Source: Escherichia coli O157:H7 (GTDB taxonomy: Bacteria > Pseudomonadota > Gammaproteobacteria > Enterobacterales > Enterobacteriaceae). Taken from it: a stretch of DNA of 64,000 nt. Numbering within the stretch: position 1 is the stretch's first letter; the number at the start of each line of letters is the position of its first letter. The DNA is taken from NCBI RefSeq assembly GCF_013167455.1, contig NZ_CP038328.1, one strand, 5' to 3'. Below the pieces are notes generated by a model. It made no database searches. It was not told the origin of the DNA and saw nothing but the letters and a program-made list of their open reading frames with translations. The position numbers and the translations under genes are program-made. Shown one piece after another: positions 25,824 to 36,729 of this stretch.

Positions 25824-26462
25824 ATGAGTTTATTTGATAAAAAGCATCTGGTTTCCCCCGCCGATGCCCTGCCTGGACGTAACACCCCGATGCCCGTAGC
25901 CACGCTGCATGCGGTTAACGGTCACTCAATGACCAATGTACCTGACGGAATGGAGATTGCCATTTTTGCGATGGGTTGTTTCTGGGGTGTGGAGCGTCTG
26001 TTCTGGCAGTTACACGGCGTTTACAGCACCGCCGCAGGTTATACCGGCGGCTATACGCCAAATCCGACTTATCGGGAAGTGTGCTCCGGTGATACTGGTC
26101 ATGCCGAAGCGGTACGCATTGTTTACGATCCTTCCGTCATCAGCTATGAGCAGTTGCTACAGGTATTTTGGGAGAATCACGATCCCGCCCAGGGAATGCG
26201 TCAGGGCAATGACCACGGCACGCAGTATCGTTCAGCGATTTATCCGCTGACCCCAGAACAGGATGCCGCAGCTCGCGCCAGTCTGGAACGTTTTCAGGCG
26301 GCGATGCTTGCCGCCGATGACGATCGTCACATCACCACGGAAATCGCTAACGCCACACCGTTTTATTATGCCGAAGATGACCACCAGCAATATCTGCATA
26401 AAAACCCGTACGGTTACTGTGGAATTGGCGGAATTGGCGTCTGTCTGCCACCGGAAGCATAG
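25824..26462 (+). CDS. msrA: peptide methionine-S-sulfoxide reductase MsrA, 212 aa
   Basis: ORF-track 25758..26462 trimmed to the ATG giving [10 protein letters not shown]; GCFWG active-site motif present. Confidence 0.95.
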   Translation: MSLFDKKHLVSPADALPGRNTPMPVATLHAVNGHSMTNVPDGMEIAIFAMGCFWGVERLFWQLHGVYSTAAGYTGGYTPNPTYREVCSGDTGHAEAVRIVYDPSVISYEQLLQVFWENHDPAQGMRQGNDHGTQYRSAIYPLTPEQDAAARASLERFQAAMLAADDDRHITTEIANATPFYYAEDDHQQYLHKNPYGYCGIGGIGVCLPPEA

Positions 26463-26504
26463 CGTTACGGGTACAAATGTAGATTGTTGATAAAGTGCGT
26501 TTTG

Positions 26505-26612
26505 TTTATGCCGGATGCGGCGTAAACGCCTTGCCAGGCCTACAAAATCGTCCAAATTCAATATATTGCAAGGACTGCGTAGGCCTGATCGGCATAGCGC
26601 ATCAGGCAGTTT
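26505..26612. repeat. REP elements downstream of msrA
   Basis: GCCGGATGCGGCGTAAACGCCTT...GGCCTAC and GTAGGCCTGATCGGCATAGCGCATCAGGC motifs. Confidence 0.8.
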
Positions 26613-26784
26613 TGCATTTTTCAGCTGTCTGAATTTTAACCCTCTGGCGGCTTTACAGTACCTTACGCTATACTAGCCACTGAAAATGCCGGTTCACTTT
26701 CTTCGAATCGGCTTTCAATGTGTATTTCACACAAATTAATCAACTTCCCCTTCCGAGGATCTGGCCTGAAAGGTCGGATAAGAT

Positions 26785-28128
26785 ATGTTAAACAGTATTT
26801 TAGTCATACTCTGCTTGATCGCTGTAAGTGCGTTCTTCTCGATGTCTGAGATCTCACTTGCCGCCTCACGCAAAATCAAACTTAAACTGCTGGCTGATGA
26901 AGGCAATATAAATGCCCAACGCGTTCTGAATATGCAGGAAAATCCCGGCATGTTCTTTACCGTGGTCCAAATCGGTCTGAACGCAGTGGCGATTCTCGGC
27001 GGTATCGTCGGTGATGCGGCATTTTCTCCAGCTTTTCACAGCCTGTTCTCCCGCTATATGTCGGCAGAGCTCTCTGAGCAACTGAGCTTTATTCTCTCTT
27101 TCTCGTTAGTGACTGGCATGTTTATCCTGTTTGCGGATTTAACCCCGAAACGCATCGGTATGATTGCGCCAGAAGCTGTGGCTTTGCGTATCATCAACCC
27201 GATGCGCTTCTGCCTGTACGTTTGCACCCCGCTGGTGTGGTTCTTCAACGGCCTGGCGAACATAATCTTCCGTATTTTCAAACTGCCAATGGTACGTAAA
27301 GATGACATCACTTCTGATGACATCTACGCGGTAGTGGAAGCCGGTGCGCTGGCGGGCGTGTTACGTAAACAGGAACACGAGCTGATTGAAAACGTCTTTG
27401 AGCTGGAATCCCGTACCGTTCCGTCTTCAATGACACCGCGTGAAAACGTGATTTGGTTTGATCTCCACGAAGATGAGCAAAGTCTGAAAAATAAGGTGGC
27501 GGAACATCCGCACTCTAAGTTCCTCGTCTGTAATGAAGATATTGACCACATCATCGGCTATGTCGATTCTAAAGACCTGCTGAACCGCGTGCTGGCTAAC
27601 CAAAGCCTGGCACTGAACAGCGGCGTACAAATTCGCAACACGCTGATTGTGCCGGATACGTTAACCCTTTCAGAGGCGTTGGAAAGTTTTAAAACCGCAG
27701 GAGAAGACTTCGCGGTGATCATGAACGAGTACGCGCTGGTAGTGGGGATCATCACCCTCAACGACGTGATGACCACGCTGATGGGCGATCTGGTCGGTCA
27801 GGGACTGGAAGAGCAGATTGTCGCCCGTGATGAGAACTCATGGCTGATTGACGGCGGCACTCCGATTGACGACGTCATGCGCGTGCTGGATATTGACGAG
27901 TTCCCGCAGTCGGGCAACTACGAAACCATCGGCGGCTTTATGATGTTTATGCTGCGTAAGATCCCGAAACGCACCGATTCGGTGAAATTCGCCGGCTACA
28001 AATTTGAAGTGGTGGATATCGATAACTACCGCATCGACCAGCTGCTGGTGACCCGGATCGACAGCAAGGCCACAGCCCTTTCGCCAAAACTGCCTGACGC
28101 TAAAGATAAAGAAGAAAGCGTCGCGTAA
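26785..28128 (+). CDS. ytfL: inner-membrane protein with DUF21-CBS-CorC/HlyC domains (CNNM/UPF0053 family), 447 aa
   Basis: Full ORF; N-terminal TM region, tandem CBS region and C-terminal CorC_HlyC-like segment. Confidence 0.93.
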   Translation: MLNSILVILCLIAVSAFFSMSEISLAASRKIKLKLLADEGNINAQRVLNMQENPGMFFTVVQIGLNAVAILGGIVGDAAFSPAFHSLFSRYMSAELSEQLSFILSFSLVTGMFILFADLTPKRIGMIAPEAVALRIINPMRFCLYVCTPLVWFFNGLANIIFRIFKLPMVRKDDITSDDIYAVVEAGALAGVLRKQEHELIENVFELESRTVPSSMTPRENVIWFDLHEDEQSLKNKVAEHPHSKFLVCNEDIDHIIGYVDSKDLLNRVLANQSLALNSGVQIRNTLIVPDTLTLSEALESFKTAGEDFAVIMNEYALVVGIITLNDVMTTLMGDLVGQGLEEQIVARDENSWLIDGGTPIDDVMRVLDIDEFPQSGNYETIGGFMMFMLRKIPKRTDSVKFAGYKFEVVDIDNYRIDQLLVTRIDSKATALSPKLPDAKDKEESVA

Positions 28129-28144
28129 CCCCCATAAACATCAA

Positions 28145-28170
28145 CGGCTCCTGAATCAGGAGCCGTCTTA
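28145..28170 (+). terminator. rho-independent terminator after ytfL
   Basis: CGGCTCCTGA-ATCAGGAGCCG hairpin followed by TCTTATT. Confidence 0.55.
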
Positions 28171-28222
28171 TTACTGCATAGCACTTTTTACTGCATAGCA
28201 CTTTTTACTGCATAGCACTTTG
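28171..28222. repeat. tandem direct repeat, ~17-18 bp unit (ACTGCATAGCACTTTTT) x ~3
   Basis: Three consecutive copies read directly in sequence between convergent ytfL and ytfK stops. Confidence 0.7.
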
Positions 28223-28223
28223 G

Positions 28224-28430
28224 TTAAGCCATCTCTGTTTGCAGACGCATAACCTGACGGTTAACTTCGGACATCACTGACAAATGCAGCTTATCCTTCA
28301 CTTTTGGGATAAGAATCTTACCCTTATCGAATTCAAAAGCGCCAACGTCCTTGATGTATAATCGTCCACGGAACAGGATCTTTACGTACTTCGCCACCTG
28401 AAGTGGGTTGTACCGTTGGAAAATTTTCAT
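28224..28430 (-). CDS. ytfK: small protein YtfK (DUF1107), 68 aa
   Basis: ORF-track 28224..28496 trimmed to the ATG giving [19 protein letters not shown], preceded by AGGAGA RBS. Confidence 0.9.
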
Positions 28431-28754
28431 TGTTATCTCCTGCTGAGTATTACGCCTGTGCGGTGCCACAATCGGCCCAACTATTATGAGGCGCAAATTT
28501 TAATGCTTAGTGACTATAGACTATCCGGGCAATGTTTCCACCGCGTATAACTTTTTTTACCTAAAGGTTACAATTATTCAGAATTATCTTTTTACCGAAG
28601 CGCGGTCTTCAGTATAAGCATTCATTTTTCATATGATTTGTGCGCTTGACCGCAAACTGGCATCACACTTGCGGGAAATTCGATAAATAGCACATATGAT
28701 TAAAACTCAGACCCAAGTGGTCGGATCACCTGCATATCATAAGAAGGAAACACC

Positions 28755-29309
28755 ATGACCCTACGCAAGATTCTGGCACTCACCTGCCTGCTGTTGCCGA
28801 TGATGGCTTCCGCACATCAGTTCGAAACCGGTCAGCGAGTGCCGCCGATTGGCATTACCGATCGGGGCGAGTTGGTGCTTGATAAAGATCAGTTTAGCTA
28901 CAAAACCTGGAACAGCGCGCAGTTAGTGGGAAAAGTGCGAGTACTGCAACATATTGCTGGTCGCACCTCTGCAAAAGAGAAAAACGCGACGCTGATTGAA
29001 GCGATTAAATCAGCGAAGTTACCGCACGATCGTTACCAGACCACCACCATTGTTAACACCGACGACGCGATTCCGGGTTCCGGCATGTTTGTGCGCAGCA
29101 GTCTGGAGAGTAATAAAAAGCTTTATCCCTGGTCGCAGTTTATTGTCGATAGCAATGGCGTCGCGCGCGGTGCCTGGCAGCTGGATGAAGAAAGTTCCGC
29201 TGTAGTGGTGCTGGATAAAGACGGTCGCGTGCAATGGGCCAAAGACGGGGCGCTCACTCAGGAAGAGGTGCAGCAAGTGATGGACCTGCTGCAAAAGTTG
29301 CTCAAATAA
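28755..29309 (+). CDS. ytfJ: periplasmic protein YtfJ, 184 aa
   Basis: Full ORF with signal peptide (MTLRKILALTCLLLPMMASA). Confidence 0.9.
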   Translation: MTLRKILALTCLLLPMMASAHQFETGQRVPPIGITDRGELVLDKDQFSYKTWNSAQLVGKVRVLQHIAGRTSAKEKNATLIEAIKSAKLPHDRYQTTTIVNTDDAIPGSGMFVRSSLESNKKLYPWSQFIVDSNGVARGAWQLDEESSAVVVLDKDGRVQWAKDGALTQEEVQQVMDLLQKLLK

Positions 29310-29329
29310 TGGCAATAACATAAATTCTG

Positions 29330-29371
29330 CAAAAATAATTTTCCCCTATCGTTATCTATGGGATAGGGGAA
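29330..29371 (-). terminator. rho-independent terminator after ytfI (hairpin shared with convergent ytfJ)
   Basis: TTCCCCTATC...GATAGGGGAA 10-bp stem; T-tract on reverse strand (AATTATTTTT). Confidence 0.6.
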
Positions 29372-30310
29372 TTAAGTCTCTGAGTTCTTACGCCGAACTA
29401 ATACTGGTAACGCTAGTTGCTCTTTTTTAAACGCCTCAATGGTCGATTTATATTTCTCGCAAATCTTTTCTTTGGTAATATCACTATCTGCGGCCAGATT
29501 CGCACTTACTATCGCATCCACTTGTTCGGCTAATTCGACTTGTTGGCAACCCGCATTAACCAGAAAATTATAAATAAGAGAGTAATCTTCATCCTCCAAG
29601 ACAACAGAGGAACCATTACGAAAACGTTCATCCCCTCCATAGATTTTAAGCGCAAAGCCCAAAGATTCTATGACTATGGCAAAATTATCATCAATTATTT
29701 TTTCGTAAATATACCATCCATCGCACTGTTTAATTCCACCTCCTGGCCCTTGTAGTTCAAATTTACCCCGTTTTAATTTGCTTACTATATCATCCAATAA
29801 AGCATAACCTAAAGACACGTCACCAATCGCCTGGTGAATATAACCTTTAATCCTTTTCGGTATGTCAGACTGTTTTTTCTGCAGAATATCCCAGGCATAC
29901 AATCGTCTGTTTTGTTCTAACGGAAATTCACGGTTCTTGAAATCCATGAATGAGTTATACTCATTTATTGTTATGGGGATTTCTTCGTATTCAAATCCAC
30001 TGCCTCGCAATGTCATTGTATATTCGGCACCGTTATCTTTAAGGCTGAAACTGATAAGAAACTTATCCATAGCGTTAACAGTTTCATTTTTTGATGAAAG
30101 CACCTGATAACTACTTTTATCAATCTGAGTTGCGCAACGAAAGAACTCCCTCAAAGTTAACAGGCTATCATAATTCGAAATCCAATCTTTTTTCTTAAAT
30201 GCATGATGGATGTTGTTAAAAAAATTGTTTGAATGTGTTTTTGTATACGAAGACTTTACAAATAACTCCACCGCACCAATAAAATTATTGTGTCTGATCC
30301 TGGGTAACAT
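29372..30310 (-). CDS. ytfI: uncharacterized protein YtfI, 312 aa; AT-rich orphan gene
   Basis: Full ORF, visibly AT-rich relative to neighbours, no recognisable domain by eye; same position as ytfI in K-12. Confidence 0.8.
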   Translation of the reverse strand: MLPRIRHNNFIGAVELFVKSSYTKTHSNNFFNNIHHAFKKKDWISNYDSLLTLREFFRCATQIDKSSYQVLSSKNETVNAMDKFLISFSLKDNGAEYTMTLRGSGFEYEEIPITINEYNSFMDFKNREFPLEQNRRLYAWDILQKKQSDIPKRIKGYIHQAIGDVSLGYALLDDIVSKLKRGKFELQGPGGGIKQCDGWYIYEKIIDDNFAIVIESLGFALKIYGGDERFRNGSSVVLEDEDYSLIYNFLVNAGCQQVELAEQVDAIVSANLAADSDITKEKICEKYKSTIEAFKKEQLALPVLVRRKNSET

Positions 30311-30480
30311 ATGACAACCTTATTTTATTTGGTTACTTTATATCGCCATTAAATATCTCACTATAGAAGTAAACTATCAAAAAACGCTCATTATTAAAAT
30401 GTAACTTATTAGCAATTGAATTTTTGCACTTTAAATACAATCTCTTTTTATTTATAACTTTTTAGGTTGGGAGAAATCAG

Positions 30481-30516
30481 GATGGCAGAATCAGGAAATA
30501 CACTGTTTCTGCCATC
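30481..30516 (-). terminator. stem-loop downstream of cysQ (candidate terminator)
   Basis: GATGGCAGAA...TTCTGCCATC 10-bp arms with 16-nt loop. Confidence 0.45.
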
Positions 30517-30521
30517 TGAAT

Positions 30522-31262
30522 TTAGTAAATAGACACTCTGAACCCCGGATTCAGGAACGACTCGCGCGGAGTGTAATCCAGCGGTTTACCCTGCCAGTCG
30601 TGAACGTGCGCTCCGGCAGCTGCAGCCACAGCATGTCCAGCGGCGGTGTCCCAAATATTCGTTGGTCCGAAACGCGGGTACAGCTGCGCCTGTCCTTCCG
30701 CCACCAGGCAGAACTTCAGCGAAGAGCCGATGGACGTGGTCTGATGTTCGCCAAGCTGTTGCAGATACTCTTTCAGCTCCGCATCCGCATGAGAGCGGCT
30801 GATCACCACCAGCGGCGGGCGCGCATCGCGGACCTGAATCTGCTTGCGCACGCCGCACTCTTCTTTCCAGGCCTTGCCTTCTGCCGCGCTGTACATTACG
30901 TTCATTACCGGCGCATACACCACACCTAAAATCGGTTTGCCATGGTCAATGAGCGCAATGTTAACGGTGAATTCGCCATTACGTTTAATAAACTCTTTCG
31001 TACCATCCAGCGGGTCTACCAGCCAGTAACGCTGCCAGTGCTGACGGACTTCCCAACCGGGAGGATCTTCTTCAGAAAGGACCGGAATATCCGGTGTCAG
31101 CGTACGTAAACCGTCCATGATAACGGTGTGAGCGGCAATATCCGCTGCCGTTACCGGAGAATTGTCCGCTTTGCTGACGACGTCCATCGGTTTCGCCCCG
31201 TCGTAGACCTGCATAATGGCATCGCCTGCATTCCGTGCAAGCTGGCATACTTGATCTAACAT
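30522..31262 (-). CDS. cysQ: 3'(2'),5'-bisphosphate nucleotidase CysQ, 246 aa
   Basis: Full ORF; inositol monophosphatase family motifs (WLVDPLDGT). Confidence 0.95.
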   Translation of the reverse strand: MLDQVCQLARNAGDAIMQVYDGAKPMDVVSKADNSPVTAADIAAHTVIMDGLRTLTPDIPVLSEEDPPGWEVRQHWQRYWLVDPLDGTKEFIKRNGEFTVNIALIDHGKPILGVVYAPVMNVMYSAAEGKAWKEECGVRKQIQVRDARPPLVVISRSHADAELKEYLQQLGEHQTTSIGSSLKFCLVAEGQAQLYPRFGPTNIWDTAAGHAVAAAAGAHVHDWQGKPLDYTPRESFLNPGFRVSIY

Positions 31263-31451
31263 TTCTCCACCTCGTCTCTGTGAGCGGTGTTAACTTATTG
31301 TTTTACTTATACCCTATCATTAATGAATGCGCCAACTGTGATAGTGTCATCATTTTCAAAGCGTAAAATTGTGGCATTCTTCACTGTTCTATAAGTAAGA
31401 CGTTTATTCTCCCTTTTCTTTCGTATTCCCGATGATAAAAGGATGTCCCTG

Positions 31452-33395
31452 ATGATTAAGTTTAGCGCAACGCTCCTGGCCACGCTGATTGCCGCCAGTG
31501 TGAATGCAGCGACGGTCGATCTGCGTATCATGGAAACCACTGATCTGCATAGCAACATGATGGATTTCGATTATTACAAAGACACCGCCACGGAAAAATT
31601 CGGACTGGTACGTACGGCAAGCCTGATTAACAATGCCCGCAATGAAGTGAAAAACAGCGTACTGGTCGATAACGGCGATTTGATTCAGGGGAGTCCGCTG
31701 GCCGATTACATGTCGGCGAAAGGATTAAAAGCAGGTGATATTCACCCGGTCTATAAGGCATTAAATACGCTGGACTATACCGTCGGAACGCTTGGCAACC
31801 ACGAGTTTAACTACGGTCTGGATTACCTGAAAAATGCGCTGGCAGGAGCGAAATTCCCTTATGTAAATGCCAACGTCATTGACGCCAGAACCAAACAGCC
31901 AATGTTTACACCGTATTTAATTAAAGACACCGAAGTGGTCGATAAAGACGGAAAAAAACAGACGCTGAAGATTGGCTATATTGGCGTCGTGCCGCCGCAA
32001 ATCATGGGCTGGGATAAAGCTAATTTATCCGGAAAAGTGACGGTGAATGATATTACCGAAACCGTGCGCAAATACGAGCCTGAAATGCGCGAGAAAGGTG
32101 CCGATGTCGTTGTCGTTCTGGCGCATTCCGGGCTGTCTGCCGATCCGTATAAAGTAATGGCGGAAAACTCAGTTTATTACCTCAGTGAAATTCCGGGCGT
32201 TAACGCCATTATGTTTGGCCATGCTCACGCCGTTTTCCCGGGTAAAGATTTTGCTGATATCGAAGGGGCTGATATCACCAAAGGCACGCTGAATGGTGTT
32301 CCGGCGGTAATGCCGGGCATGTGGGGCGATCATCTTGGGGTGGTCGACTTACAACTCAGTAATGACAGCGGTAAATGGCAGGTGACGCAGGCGAAAGCGG
32401 AAGCACGGCCGATTTACGACATCGCCAATAAAAAATCCCTCGCGGCGGAAGACAGCAAGCTGGTAGAAACACTCAAAGCCGATCACGATGCCACACGCCA
32501 GTTCGTCAGCAAGCCAATCGGTAAATCTGCCGACAATATGTATAGCTATCTGGCGCTGGTGCAGGACGATCCGACCGTGCAAGTAGTGAACAACGCGCAA
32601 AAAGCGTATGTCGAGCATTACATTCAGGGCGATCCGGATCTGGCAAAACTGCCGGTGCTTTCAGCTGCCGCACCGTTTAAAGTCGGTGGTCGCAAAAATG
32701 ACCCGGCAAGCTATGTGGAGGTGGAAAAAGGCCAGTTGACCTTCCGTAATGCCGCCGATCTTTATCTCTATCCCAATACGCTGATTGTGGTGAAAGCCAG
32801 CGGTAAAGAGGTGAAAGAGTGGCTGGAGTGCTCCGCCGGACAGTTTAACCAGATTGATCCCAACAGCACGAAACCACAGTCACTCATCAACTGGGATGGT
32901 TTCCGCACTTATAACTTTGATGTTATTGATGGTGTGAATTATCAGATTGATGTTACCCAGCCCGCCCGTTATGACGGCGAGTGCCAGATGATTAATGCCA
33001 ATGCGGAAAGGATTAAGAACCTGACCTTTAATGGCAAGCCGATTGATCCGAACGCTATGTTCCTCGTTGCCACCAATAACTATCGCGCTTACGGCGGCAA
33101 ATTTGCCGGGACGGGCGACAGCCATATCGCTTTTGCTTCACCGGATGAGAACCGCTCGGTGCTGGCAGCGTGGATTGCTGATGAGTCGAAACGTGCGGGG
33201 GAAATTCACCCGGCGGCAGATAACAACTGGCGTTTAGCACCGATAGCTGCCGATAAGAAACTGGATATCCGTTTCGAAACTTCCCCGTCAGATAAAGCCG
33301 CAGCGTTTATTAAAGAGAAAGGGCAGTATCCGATGAATAAAGTCGCGACCGATGATATCGGGTTTGCGATTTATCAGGTGGATTTGAGTAAGTAA
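31452..33395 (+). CDS. cpdB: periplasmic 2',3'-cyclic-nucleotide 2'-phosphodiesterase / 3'-nucleotidase, 647 aa
   Basis: ORF-track 31443..33395; start set to the ATG giving [19 protein letters not shown] signal peptide; calcineurin-like and 5'-nucleotidase C-terminal regions. Confidence 0.95.
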   Translation: MIKFSATLLATLIAASVNAATVDLRIMETTDLHSNMMDFDYYKDTATEKFGLVRTASLINNARNEVKNSVLVDNGDLIQGSPLADYMSAKGLKAGDIHPVYKALNTLDYTVGTLGNHEFNYGLDYLKNALAGAKFPYVNANVIDARTKQPMFTPYLIKDTEVVDKDGKKQTLKIGYIGVVPPQIMGWDKANLSGKVTVNDITETVRKYEPEMREKGADVVVVLAHSGLSADPYKVMAENSVYYLSEIPGVNAIMFGHAHAVFPGKDFADIEGADITKGTLNGVPAVMPGMWGDHLGVVDLQLSNDSGKWQVTQAKAEARPIYDIANKKSLAAEDSKLVETLKADHDATRQFVSKPIGKSADNMYSYLALVQDDPTVQVVNNAQKAYVEHYIQGDPDLAKLPVLSAAAPFKVGGRKNDPASYVEVEKGQLTFRNAADLYLYPNTLIVVKASGKEVKEWLECSAGQFNQIDPNSTKPQSLINWDGFRTYNFDVIDGVNYQIDVTQPARYDGECQMINANAERIKNLTFNGKPIDPNAMFLVATNNYRAYGGKFAGTGDSHIAFASPDENRSVLAAWIADESKRAGEIHPAADNNWRLAPIAADKKLDIRFETSPSDKAAAFIKEKGQYPMNKVATDDIGFAIYQVDLSK

Positions 33396-33419
33396 AACAC
33401 TTCTTTTTCGGCCTATAAA

Positions 33420-33525
33420 TCATCAATCGCATCCGGCATTTATTGGCGGATGCGATGCTGGCGCATCTTATCCGCCCTACAAGTCATACACCGTAGGCCG
33501 CGCATCCGGCAGTTATGCCGCACGT
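33420..33525. repeat. REP-like elements downstream of cpdB
   Basis: CATCCGGCA / GGCGGATGCG...CTTATCCGCCCTAC / GTAGGCCGCGCATCCGGCA motifs. Confidence 0.7.
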
Positions 33526-33893
33526 TCATCCCGCACCGCCAACACCTCGGGCAAATTCAACTCAATCCAGTCCGCCAGTGCAGCAACCTTTTCGCTCACC
33601 TGCTCGCCCAGCGGCGTGAGGCTGTATTCAACATGCGGCGGCACCACCGGATACGCGATACGGTTAAGAAAACCATCCTGTTCTAACGCCTGTAACGACT
33701 GCGCAAGCATCTTTTCGCTCACCCCGCCGATTTTGCGCCGCAGGTCGCTAAAGCGATGAGTACCTTCGCGTAGCGCCACCAGAATCAACACCCCCCAACG
33801 GCTGGTGACGTGTTTCAACACCTCGCGCGACGGGCACTGTTCCGCAAAGAGATTACCCTCTTTCAGTTGTTGCGACAGGCTAACCTGACTCAT
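33513..33893 (-). CDS. ytfH: HxlR-family transcriptional regulator, 126 aa
   Basis: ORF-track 33513..34004 trimmed to the ATG giving MSQVSLSQQLKEGNLFAEQCPSREVLKHVTSRWGVLIL. Confidence 0.9.
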   Translation of the reverse strand: MSQVSLSQQLKEGNLFAEQCPSREVLKHVTSRWGVLILVALREGTHRFSDLRRKIGGVSEKMLAQSLQALEQDGFLNRIAYPVVPPHVEYSLTPLGEQVSEKVAALADWIELNLPEVLAVRDERAA

Positions 33894-33981
33894 TTCATAC
33901 TTACCTTTTTGTGCGTACTTACTAAAAGTAAGTTTAGGTGTTAGCGTATTTAAACACAAGACAAAACGATGGAGACTTCCC

Positions 33982-34842
33982 ATGATCGCTATTACTGGTG
34001 CCACTGGCCAACTTGGTCAGTATGTTATTGAATCCTTGATGAAAACGGTTCCTGCCAGCCAAATAGTGGCTATCGTTCGTAATCCGGCAAAAGCCCAGGC
34101 ACTGACAGCACAAGGCATTACCGTGCGTCAGGCTGACTACGGCGATGAAGCCGCACTGACATCTGCACTTCAGGGAGTGGAAAAACTACTGCTGATCTCT
34201 TCCAGCGAAGTGGGTCAACGTGCCCCGCAGCATCGTAATGTTATTAATGCCGCAAAGACGGCTGGCGTGAAATTTATCGCTTATACCAGCCTGCTTCACG
34301 CGGATAAATCTCCGCTCGGCCTCGCCGATGAGCACATCGAGACGGAGAAAATGCTGGCTGATTCTGGCATCGTTTACACCCTACTGCGCAACGGCTGGTA
34401 CACCGAAAACTACCTCGCCAGCGCCCCGGCAGCACTGGAACACGGCGTATTTATCGGTGCGGCGGGCGATGGCAAAATCGCCTCAGCAACGCGGGCAGAT
34501 TATGCGGCAGCTGCGGCACGCGTGATTAGCGAAGCCGGTCACGAAGGCAAGGTTTACGAACTGGCGGGCGATAGTGCCTGGACGTTGACACAGTTAGCGG
34601 CAGAGCTGACCAAACAGAGCGGCAAACAGGTTACCTATCAAAATCTGAGCGAAGCCGATTTCGCCGCGGCACTGAAAAGCGTCGGACTGCCCGACGGACT
34701 GGCGGATATGCTGGCGGATTCTGACGTTGGCGCATCGAAAGGCGGTCTGTTTGATGACAGCAAAACACTTAGCAAATTGATTGGCCACCCAACGACAACG
34801 TTAGCCGAAAGCGTAAGCCATCTTTTTAATGTTAATAACTAG
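33982..34842 (+). CDS. qorB: NAD(P)H:quinone oxidoreductase (NmrA-like), 286 aa
   Basis: Full ORF with Rossmann GATGQLG motif; divergent from ytfH. Confidence 0.9.
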   Translation: MIAITGATGQLGQYVIESLMKTVPASQIVAIVRNPAKAQALTAQGITVRQADYGDEAALTSALQGVEKLLLISSSEVGQRAPQHRNVINAAKTAGVKFIAYTSLLHADKSPLGLADEHIETEKMLADSGIVYTLLRNGWYTENYLASAPAALEHGVFIGAAGDGKIASATRADYAAAAARVISEAGHEGKVYELAGDSAWTLTQLAAELTKQSGKQVTYQNLSEADFAAALKSVGLPDGLADMLADSDVGASKGGLFDDSKTLSKLIGHPTTTLAESVSHLFNVNN

Positions 34843-34940
34843 TTAATTAAAGTGGCATCCTCCCGCATCCTCTCTGATAATGACGGGATGCCGGGAGCAA
34901 TCATGTCTGCTTCCTGAACTTTCTTCTGACAGATCAATGG

Positions 34941-35915
34941 ATGCCAGTAATGATTAGCGGCGTGCTGTACGCCCTGTTAGCAGGGTTGATGTGGGGGCTT
35001 ATTTTTGTCGGGCCGTTGATCGTGCCGGAATACCCGGCGATGTTGCAGTCGATGGGGCGTTATCTGGCGTTAGGGTTAATTGCGCTGCCCATTGCCTGGC
35101 TGGGACGCGTGCGTCTGCGTCAGTTGGCGCGTCGCGACTGGCTTACCGCCTTGATGCTCACTATGATGGGCAACCTCATCTATTACTTCTGCCTTGCCAG
35201 TGCCATTCAACGTACTGGTGCGCCTGTTTCCACGATGATTATCGGCACCCTGCCGGTGGTGATTCCCGTCTTCGCCAATCTGCTTTATAGCCAGCGCGAC
35301 GGCAAACTCGCGTGGGGAAAACTCGCCCCGGCACTGATTTGTATTGGCATCGGCCTGGCGTGTGTGAATATTGCTGAGTTAAACCACGGACTCCCCAATT
35401 TTGACTGGGCACGTTATACCTCTGGCATCGTGCTGGCGTTAGTTTCCGTGGTCTGCTGGGCGTGGTATGCCCTGCGCAACGCCCGCTGGCTGCGGGAAAA
35501 TCCCGACAAACATCCGATGATGTGGGCAACAGCGCAGGCGCTGGTCACACTGCCGGTTTCACTTATCGGCTATCTCGTCGCTTGTTACTGGCTGAATACG
35601 CAAACGCCGGACTTCTCCCTACCCTTTGGCCCCCGTCCGCTGGTGTTTATTAGTCTGATGATTGCGATAGCCGTGCTTTGCTCATGGGTTGGCGCACTCT
35701 GCTGGAACGTCGCCAGCCAGCGATTACCGACAGTGATTCTCGGGCCGCTGATTGTTTTCGAAACGCTGGCAGGTTTGCTGTACACCTTTTTACTCCGCCA
35801 GCAAATGCCGCCGCTAATGACGCTGAGCGGTATCGCGCTGTTAGTGATTGGCGTGGTCATCGCGGTTAGAGCAAAACCAGAAAAACCTTTAACTGAATCT
35901 GTCTCAGAAAGTTGA
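34941..35915 (+). CDS. ytfF: inner-membrane protein YtfF (DMT/EamA-like), ~321-324 aa
   Basis: Full ORF, polytopic membrane protein; start may instead be the ATG 9 nt downstream (34950). Confidence 0.85.
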   Translation: MPVMISGVLYALLAGLMWGLIFVGPLIVPEYPAMLQSMGRYLALGLIALPIAWLGRVRLRQLARRDWLTALMLTMMGNLIYYFCLASAIQRTGAPVSTMIIGTLPVVIPVFANLLYSQRDGKLAWGKLAPALICIGIGLACVNIAELNHGLPNFDWARYTSGIVLALVSVVCWAWYALRNARWLRENPDKHPMMWATAQALVTLPVSLIGYLVACYWLNTQTPDFSLPFGPRPLVFISLMIAIAVLCSWVGALCWNVASQRLPTVILGPLIVFETLAGLLYTFLLRQQMPPLMTLSGIALLVIGVVIAVRAKPEKPLTESVSES

Positions 35916-35973
35916 CACGCTGGCAGTGAGTTAAATAAGCCTCTGCTACGTAAGGGTTATAGCTTTTGCCTTA

Positions 35974-35996
35974 AAGATGCATTTAAAATACATCTT
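35974..35996. promoter_or_regulatory. NsrR operator upstream of ytfE (AAGATGCATTT-A-AAATACATCTT)
   Basis: Near-perfect 11-1-11 inverted repeat matching the NsrR binding consensus, ~30 bp upstream of ytfE start. Confidence 0.8.
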
Positions 35997-36022
35997 ATCT
36001 TATTAAGAATGAGGTATCAGCT

Positions 36023-36685
36023 ATGGCTTATCGCGACCAACCTTTAGGTGAACTGGCGCTCTCTATTCCTCGCGCTTCGGCTCTGTTTCGTAAATATGAT
36101 ATGGATTACTGCTGCGGCGGTAAGCAAACGCTGGCGCGTGCGGCGGCACGTAAAGAACTGGATGTTGAGGTCATTGAAGCTGAGCTGGCAAAGCTTGCTG
36201 AACAACCGATTGAGAAAGACTGGCGTAGCGCCCCGCTGGCAGAAATCATCGACCATATCATCGTGCGCTACCACGCTCGTCACCGCGAGCAACTGCCGGA
36301 GCTGATTCTGCAAGCGACTAAAGTCGAGCGCGTTCACGCCGACAAACCGAGCGTGCCAAAAGGGCTGACAAAATACCTGACCATGCTGCATGAAGAGCTT
36401 TCCAGCCACATGATGAAAGAAGAGCAGATCCTCTTCCCGATGATCAAACAAGGCATGGGCAGCCAGGCAATGGGGCCAATCAGCGTAATGGAAAGCGAGC
36501 ACGATGAAGCGGGTGAACTGCTGGAAGTGATCAAACACAATACCAATAACGTCACACCGCCGCCGGAAGCCTGCACCACCTGGAAAGCGATGTATAACGG
36601 CATTAATGAACTGATTGATGACCTGATGGATCACATCAGCCTGGAAAACAATGTACTGTTCCCAAGGGCGCTGGCGGGTGAGTGA
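36023..36685 (+). CDS. ytfE: iron-sulfur cluster repair di-iron protein (RIC), 220 aa
   Basis: Full ORF; ScdA N-terminal region and hemerythrin-like histidine motifs. Confidence 0.95.
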
Positions 36686-36692
36686 TCTAAAA

Positions 36693-36717
36693 GCTGGATG
36701 GCATTGCGCCATCCAGC
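36693..36717. terminator. bidirectional terminator hairpin between convergent ytfE and cycA
   Basis: GCTGGATGGC-ATTGC-GCCATCCAGC perfect 10-bp stem. Confidence 0.6.
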
Positions 36718-36729
36718 ATGATAATGCGG

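Noticed and set aside
28171-28222. Tandem repeat considered as a possible mini CRISPR array
   Set aside because: Only ~3 contiguous copies with no intervening spacers, unit too short, no cas genes nearby.
36044-36712. 222-aa reverse-strand ORF overlapping ytfE
   Set aside because: Antisense to ytfE, whose product (di-iron RIC protein) is clearly recognisable.
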